Shown here: positions 59,652-64,000 of the stretch, one piece after another
How positions within the stretch are numbered: the stretch's first letter is position 1
Layout of the letters: every line of letters starts with the position of its first letter
Assembly: GCA_937864235.1 (NCBI GenBank)
Contig: CALMJI010000018.1
Coordinates: 73,955 to 137,954 of the forward strand
Length of the DNA stretch: 64,000 bases
Direction of reading: 5' to 3'
From: an uncultured bacterium
GTDB taxonomy: Bacteria > Patescibacteriota > Minisyncoccia > SW-4-49-11
Notes under the pieces: generated by a model
What the model saw: only the letters and a program-made list of their open reading frames with translations
What the model was told of the DNA's origin: nothing
The model's database searches: none
Program-made: the position numbers and the translations under genes

Positions 59652-59738
59652 AGACTATATAGACACCCCATTCCCCAACATATATTGACTAAATTGATTT
59701 TATTATGTAAAATAAACAAGTACCTTAGAAAACTTAAT

Positions 59739-60141
59739 TCCGCGATAGCTCAGCGGTAGAGCAGTCGGCTGTGAATGCCTTCTTGAGTCGTCGTAAAATA
59801 ATTATATTTTTATGTCTGACAAAAGAAAATATTCTGATCGTGCTGAATATCTTTTTTAGAAATTCACTCCGATCTAGTCGCAGCCTCTTCTGGTAACAGA
59901 AGTTGAAACACGAGGTGAATTGCTGGAAGCCTAAGGTAGTAATACTAAGGCAATCAGCAGCCAAGTCTAGCAAAACTAGAAAGGTTCAGAGACTATCCCA
60001 AAAGGGAGTACATTGTAGCAATACAGTGGAAGCGCCTCGCTCCATCAAAACGATGGATGATGATATAGTCCACGCCTATTAGAAATATTAGGACAAGGTG
60101 TAACCGATTGGTCGTAGGTTCGAATCCTACTCGCGGAGCCA
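59739..60141 (+). tRNA. tRNA-Asn (anticodon GUU) interrupted by an intron in the anticodon loop (exons 59739-59772 and 60101-60141, CCA encoded)
   Basis: Exons fold as a cloverleaf: acceptor TCCGCGA/TCGCGGA (U1-A72, discriminator G73 as in E. coli tRNA-Asn), D-arm GCTC-AGCGGTA-GAGC, anticodon stem GTCGG/CCGAT, spliced loop CTGT|TAA giving anticodon GTT, variable loop TGGTC, T-arm GTAGG-TTCGAAT-CCTAC. Confidence 0.7.
59773..60100 (+). ncRNA. group I (IC3-like) self-splicing intron inside tRNA-Asn
   Basis: 5' exon ends in U and the intron ends in G; IGS GCAGCC (59879-59884) complements exon GGCUGU; P2 hairpin TCTTCTGgtaaCAGAAG; core blocks GTGAATTGCTGGAAGCCTAAGG and GGCAATCAGCAGCCAAGTC resemble Azoarcus/Tetrahymena P3-P4 and J6/7; CAGAGACTA (P7 5') paired with TAGTC (60066-60070); P8 TCCCaaaaGGGA; P9 hairpin before omega-G. 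Confidence 0.6.
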
Positions 60142-60153
60142 AAATATAAAAGG

Positions 60154-60174
60154 GGAGATTTTGTCTCCTTTTTT
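60154..60174 (+). terminator. rho-independent terminator after tRNA-Asn
   Basis: GGAGAttttGTCTCC hairpin followed by T6; near-identical copy at 63438-63461. Confidence 0.65.
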
Positions 60175-60194
60175 ATATTTCTTGTCTTTTGAGA

Positions 60195-60319
60195 GAGTAG
60201 GATGAGAACCTGGGGAAGGGGTCGGGAAACGAGAGTTTCCAGTGGCGGAGGTATTGGAACCGAGGGGTTCCAAGGAGTGAATCCCATTCACGACTGGTTT
60301 GCAATCCTACTCGCGGAGC
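60195..60319. repeat. GC-rich repeat module followed by a partial direct copy of the tRNA-Asn 3' end (60295-60319)
   Basis: GGTTTGCAATCCTACTCGCGGAGCA versus tRNA GGTTCGAATCCTACTCGCGGAGCCA. Confidence 0.7.
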
Positions 60320-60330
60320 AAAATCCCTTT

Positions 60331-60355
60331 AAACAGCTTATCTTAGCTGTTTTTT
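60331..60355 (+). terminator. rho-independent terminator
   Basis: AACAGCTtatcttAGCTGTT hairpin followed by T6. Confidence 0.7.
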
Positions 60356-60391
60356 GGTCTGTAATACTTATCTATATAAATATGACAATGA

Positions 60392-60453
60392 TTGACATAT
60401 TTAATTTTATATGCTAATGTTTTCTAGTCCTTGTTCTTTCACATCACAGGAGG
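60392..60453 (+). promoter_or_regulatory. sigma70-like promoter plus RBS of the radical SAM gene
   Basis: TTGACA (60392-60397), 17-nt spacer, TAATGT (60415-60420); AGGAGG at 60448-60453, 6 nt before the ATG. Confidence 0.55.
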
Positions 60454-60459
60454 CTTTCC

Positions 60460-61629
60460 ATGAAACTACTTCTTCGTAAAGAGTCCTTTGGAGGAACCCT
60501 CTTCGTACCCTCTAGTGGTAAAAGATTCTATCTTAACACAAAAGAGTACTCAGAGTTAACCTCTACTCACAAATTGCCACCTGATATTGAAAAATCTCTT
60601 GGATTGCAAAATCTGACTAATATCGACCTGATAGTTGTAGAACCTGATTTCTTGCCTATAGAGAACTTTAGCAGCCCAGACAAAGTATTTTTTGAACTTA
60701 CTCGCAGGTGTAATTTAACCTGTATTCAGTGTTTAAATGACTCAGGTTCAGAACTAAGTGATGAACTAAATCATTCCCAAAAGGTAAAGATTATTTCTGA
60801 CTTAGCACAGTCTGGAATACAAGAAGTTCGATTTACGGGTGGAGAACCTTTGGCTGACAAGTCTTGGTTTGAAATCGCCAAAGAGGCAAAAAAATACGGC
60901 TTAAGAGTATCTTTCGGATCAAATGGCACCCTGATAACTGAGCCTGTTGTAAAGCTGATGCAATCAATTGGAGTTAATTCAGTTATTACGAGCCTAGATG
61001 GTCTCAAAGACACACATGAAGCAATTAGAGGATATGCATCGTGGGAAAAAACTATTCTTGCTATTAGTCTTCTCAAAGAAGCAAACATAGAGGTAAGAGT
61101 TAACTTTGTACTAATGAGAGAAAATATTCATGAGGTTTATGACCTCTGTGAATTTATTCTGTCAAAAGGGGTTCCTGTTTTTCTCAGACGATTCATACCC
61201 AGCGGTAGAGGTTCAGGAAGTTTTCATCAAATACTCACTCAAAAAGAATATGATCTTTTGAACCAGTCTCTTAGCCCACTAATTCATCAGTTTGGAAGCC
61301 TAATTCAAGGCCACTATATCAACGAGTCTCCTGTACTATCTAGAATCCCTCTCCCATTTAAAAGAAAAAGCTGTAGTGCAGTGCACAGAGGAATGGTAGT
61401 ACTCCCAAATGGGAAGCTATCAAGCTGTGGTTTTCTTGCAGACCTAGGAGAAGGAGAGATTGGAGACCTTCAAAAGGAGTCCTTCCTTTCCATTTGGAGG
61501 CATCTAAATGAAACTCAATACGTTCATACATTTGAAAGTAGGGTAGGAAAGTTTAACCAATCAAATCCAGGACCAGCTAATGGATGCCTAGCTCTTGCCC
61601 ATGCATACACCAATAAAGGAGAAGGTTAA
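60460..61629 (+). CDS. radical SAM enzyme with N-terminal PqqD-like (RRE-like) extension and C-terminal Cys-containing auxiliary (twitch/SPASM-like) domain
   Basis: CxxxCxxC (RRCNLTCIQC) at about residue 83; N-terminal LLLRKESFGGTLFVPSSGKRFYLNTKEYSELT resembles PqqD/RRE strands; C-terminal Cys (KSCSAV, SSCGF, NGCLA); GGE-like FTGGEPL block. Confidence 0.75.
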   Translation: MKLLLRKESFGGTLFVPSSGKRFYLNTKEYSELTSTHKLPPDIEKSLGLQNLTNIDLIVVEPDFLPIENFSSPDKVFFELTRRCNLTCIQCLNDSGSELSDELNHSQKVKIISDLAQSGIQEVRFTGGEPLADKSWFEIAKEAKKYGLRVSFGSNGTLITEPVVKLMQSIGVNSVITSLDGLKDTHEAIRGYASWEKTILAISLLKEANIEVRVNFVLMRENIHEVYDLCEFILSKGVPVFLRRFIPSGRGSGSFHQILTQKEYDLLNQSLSPLIHQFGSLIQGHYINESPVLSRIPLPFKRKSCSAVHRGMVVLPNGKLSSCGFLADLGEGEIGDLQKESFLSIWRHLNETQYVHTFESRVGKFNQSNPGPANGCLALAHAYTNKGEG

Positions 61630-62156
61630 TGATCGTCTTAACAGGACTACATGGCTCAGGAAAAAGCCACCTCTGTTCTATTTTAAAATCAGAAGGGTGT
61701 TACATTGTTAATAAACGAGAAATTTTATCAAGGATGTTCCTAGATCAAGGTAAAGGATATTCATTCGATGATTGGATGAAGCATCAGTATACTACCCCTG
61801 GGAATGATGCAGCAAATATGATGTTACGGATATTGGATTACGTACCAAAAGATCAGTTGATTCAAAATATGCTTCTGGTCTTTGATGCAATTCACAACCT
61901 AGCAGAATGGGAAGTGATTTATACAAAGTATCCAAATAGCATCTTAGCCCTTGTAGCATCACCGTTAAATGTGAGAGCTAGTAGGAACTCTATTGAGGAT
62001 GAGATCCTCGATAAAAAAAGAGTACAGTACTGGCATGAGAGTTCTGTAGAAGGGAAATCAAGCTGCTTAATGTCACACGTAGAAGCTTGCTTTAATGGAA
62101 ACATATCAGACACAGTTCAAACACAAATAGTGCGAGAGTTTATATCAACCTTATAG
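61629..62156 (+). CDS. P-loop NTPase/kinase-like protein
   Basis: Walker A GLHGSGKS at the N-terminus; start overlaps the rSAM stop (ATGA), indicating translational coupling. Confidence 0.5.
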   Translation: MIVLTGLHGSGKSHLCSILKSEGCYIVNKREILSRMFLDQGKGYSFDDWMKHQYTTPGNDAANMMLRILDYVPKDQLIQNMLLVFDAIHNLAEWEVIYTKYPNSILALVASPLNVRASRNSIEDEILDKKRVQYWHESSVEGKSSCLMSHVEACFNGNISDTVQTQIVREFISTL

Positions 62157-62230
62157 TCTAGTCGCTCTATCTAATCAAGGAAGATGTAACAACATCTTCC
62201 TTTTCCATATCTATTATATATCTTTACTAT

Positions 62231-62932
62231 ATGAAAAAAGTTTTAGCAGTATTATCTCTAAATAATGACTATTCTGAAGCTATTAGCAAGCTAAATGCTG
62301 TGTCAGAAGAAATATTGTTTGAAATAACTTATATCGAGAACTTATCTCTATCTAAACTTAATAATATGCATTATTATGATGCTATTTATATTGTAAATAA
62401 TAATGATCTGACAAGACAATTCTTACCAATCCTAAACCATAAGACAAAATTTTTAATTAATAAGACTTATTGGTTTGAAAACTTTAGTAAGGTTACAGCT
62501 CAACAAAATTTAAAAATCAATAATATTTTAGCGCCTTCCATAATCTACCCTCTGCCAACAGACTATATAGAGGAATATTTTATTAAATCTATATCTCATA
62601 CAGTAGGAGTAATTCATCCAAAGGACGCTCAAAAGAATTTTAATAAATGTAATAAACTTCAATATTACCTAGAAGAACAAGTTATAACTGGGAAAGAAGA
62701 GAAGATATATGTTGTAAATAATGAATGCTCTCTCAACAATCTCCCATATAATGACTTTAGTAAAGATATCGAGAGAATATCTACGATATTAGGACTCAAT
62801 GTTTTTTCAGCAGATGTGTTTATTGATAATGATAGTATAAATATAGTTGATGTAAACCCTGCATCTTGTTTTTTTAAGGATGATTATGCAAGACATAAGT
62901 TTATAGATTACCTCAAGATTATGTTATACTAA
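62231..62932 (+). CDS. ATP-grasp-like protein (putative ligase)
   Basis: C-terminal block EKIYVVNNECS...LGLNVFSADVFIDNDSINIVDVNPAS resembles the ATP-grasp Mg/ATP-binding C-domain (xxEVNxxPG-like); low-complexity AT-rich. Confidence 0.35.
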   Translation: MKKVLAVLSLNNDYSEAISKLNAVSEEILFEITYIENLSLSKLNNMHYYDAIYIVNNNDLTRQFLPILNHKTKFLINKTYWFENFSKVTAQQNLKINNILAPSIIYPLPTDYIEEYFIKSISHTVGVIHPKDAQKNFNKCNKLQYYLEEQVITGKEEKIYVVNNECSLNNLPYNDFSKDIERISTILGLNVFSADVFIDNDSINIVDVNPASCFFKDDYARHKFIDYLKIMLY

Positions 62933-62965
62933 TGTTATGTATTTACAAATTTATAACCTACCCCC

Positions 62966-63370
62966 ATGCAAAAACTTAAATCTGGAGCAATTATACTCTC
63001 AAATGACTCTACTAAAATCCTTCTTGTCTATAGAGGTAAAGAAGCTGATTGGTCTTTTCCTAAAGGACATATTGAGGAAAATGAGATTCCAGTAGACGCT
63101 ATGAAAAGAGAAGTAAAGGAAGAAACTGGTTTAGAGGTGTCTACAGTAATCACAGAATTGACTCCTATAGAGTATATAGATAGCAAAAATATCCTATGCC
63201 GTACGCATTATTTTCTATGTACAGCTCATGAGGGAGAACTTATTACTGAAAAACCTGATGATAAATTAGAGTGGATAGAAATAAATTTAGTACACGATAC
63301 TCTATCTTATGACAATCTCAAAGAGTATTGGAAAGAGAATGTATTGCCTAATCTACCAAGAAAAGCTTAA
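62966..63370 (+). CDS. Nudix hydrolase
   Basis: Nudix box GHIEENEIPVDAMKREVKEETGL (Gx5Ex7REUxEExGU). Confidence 0.8.
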   Translation: MQKLKSGAIILSNDSTKILLVYRGKEADWSFPKGHIEENEIPVDAMKREVKEETGLEVSTVITELTPIEYIDSKNILCRTHYFLCTAHEGELITEKPDDKLEWIEINLVHDTLSYDNLKEYWKENVLPNLPRKA

Positions 63371-63397
63371 TTTTAGTTCTAAAGATCCCCACTCAAT

Positions 63398-63465
63398 AGT
63401 TCGAAACATATCCACGAGAGGGAGCAAAAATATAAAAGAGGAGATTTCTGTCTCCTTTTTTATAT
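63398..63465 (+). repeat. decayed direct repeat of the tRNA-Asn 3' end plus its terminator (putative attR-like island boundary); also a bidirectional terminator
   Basis: AGTTCGAAACATATCCACGAGAGGGAGCAAAAATATAAAAGAGGAGATTTCTGTCTCCTTTTTTATATTA versus 60118-60180 GGTTCGAATCCTACTCGCGGAGCCAAAATATAAAAGGGGAGATTTTGTCTCCTTTTTTATATTT. Confidence 0.5.
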
Positions 63466-63467
63466 TA

Positions 63468-64000
63468 TCATATATACTTCTGAGCCTCTCCCCATTCCTC
63501 CTCAGATAAATTTCCTTTAATCACAAGAGATTTAATATGAGATGATAGAAATTGTTTTGCTAGAGCTATAACTTCTTCATAAGATATTGCTCTTATATCC
63601 TTATAGAAATCTTCTAAGGTAATATGTATTCCATCATTATAAGGTAACTGTAACCCATAAAAAGATTGTATTTCATATATGCTACCATCTTGAGTTTTTG
63701 CATCACTGATATAAATAGTTTTATATCTTTCTATATCTTGTGGTGTTATCAGAGACGCCAGATTGTTAATAGAGTTATAGATAATTTGCAATGATTCTAT
63801 TAACTTTTCTTTTTCTATTTTATATTGAAATTGTATATCTATACTATTAGGATGTACAGTTGAATACGAATCAATCCAATATACTAAATTATTCTTAATA
63901 CGTAATTCTTGTAATAATACTGAGGTCCAAAAATTAGCTAAAGCTGTTCGTAAAATTGATAACGTAGTGCTTGTTCTAAGATTTATCGTATTGGGGATGG
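63468..64000 (-). CDS. partial gene (runs off the window end): C-terminal domain reminiscent of M16-family (insulinase-like) peptidase
   Basis: The 63468-63791 frame has ITLEDFYKDIRAISYEEVIALAKQFL, typical of M16 C-terminal domains; coding continues upstream in another frame or beyond the window. Confidence 0.25.
   Translation of the reverse strand, partial: IPNTINLRTSTTLSILRTALANFWTSVLLQELRIKNNLVYWIDSYSTVHPNSIDIQFQYKIEKEKLIESLQIIYNSINNLASLITPQDIERYKTIYISDAKTQDGSIYEIQSFYGLQLPYNDGIHITLEDFYKDIRAISYEEVIALAKQFLSSHIKSLVIKGNLSEEEWGEAQKYI

Noticed and set aside
59734-59810. Reading the 5' part of the tRNA-Asn locus as a separate complete tRNA (for example tRNA-His with GTG)
   Set aside because: No 3' anticodon-stem, T-arm or acceptor partner follows within about 80 nt. 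The complementary acceptor strand and T-arm lie 330 nt downstream, consistent with a single intron-containing gene.
60202-60417. 71-aa ORF upstream of the rSAM gene as a possible RiPP precursor
   Set aside because: It spans the GC repeat and the tRNA-fragment copy, overlaps the rSAM promoter -35/-10 region, and has no RBS; the C-terminal MTMIDIFNFIC is too short and unsupported.

Overview
This window is an AT-rich (roughly one-third GC) bacterial chromosomal segment. It uses the standard genetic code (long ORFs are uninterrupted), sigma70-like promoters (TTGACA / TATAAT), Shine-Dalgarno sites and rho-independent terminators. By inference it may come from a small-genome, low-GC bacterium such as Patescibacteria/CPR, given the V-type ATPase, class I aldolase, sparse biosynthesis and heliorhodopsin. 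Housekeeping genes include V/A-ATPase subunits B and D, a P-type cation ATPase, a CobW-family GTPase, HisS, Bcp, FbaB, GpmA, exonuclease III, cyclophilin, Hsp20, CcdA, an RRM protein, a D-2-hydroxyacid dehydrogenase, two ABC transporters, tRNA-Ala and tRNA-Asn. The notable accessory content is: (1) a pervasive family of GC-rich, modular, hairpin-forming intergenic repeats with compensatory base changes in their stems; (2) a toxin island at 22.4-29.2 kb and 37.4-38.3 kb with two MazF/PemK-like genes, a Fic protein with a degenerate active site and two zeta-toxin-like P-loop kinases each followed by a small ORF, where three different toxin genes share a near-identical promoter/5' module and are separated by the GC repeats; (3) an extremely AT-rich surface-glycan operon at 29.1-36.8 kb; (4) a heliorhodopsin gene with a strong promoter; (5) a secreted thermonuclease with six novel ~58-aa repeats; (6) a tRNA-Asn(GUU) gene interrupted by a ~328-nt group I intron; and (7) immediately 3' of that tRNA, a ~3.3 kb islet bounded by decayed copies of the tRNA 3' end plus terminator. 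The islet encodes a radical SAM enzyme with an N-terminal PqqD-like (RRE) domain and a Cys-containing C-terminal auxiliary domain, a P-loop kinase, an ATP-grasp-like protein and a Nudix hydrolase. I consider this the best candidate for an undescribed modification or biosynthetic system.
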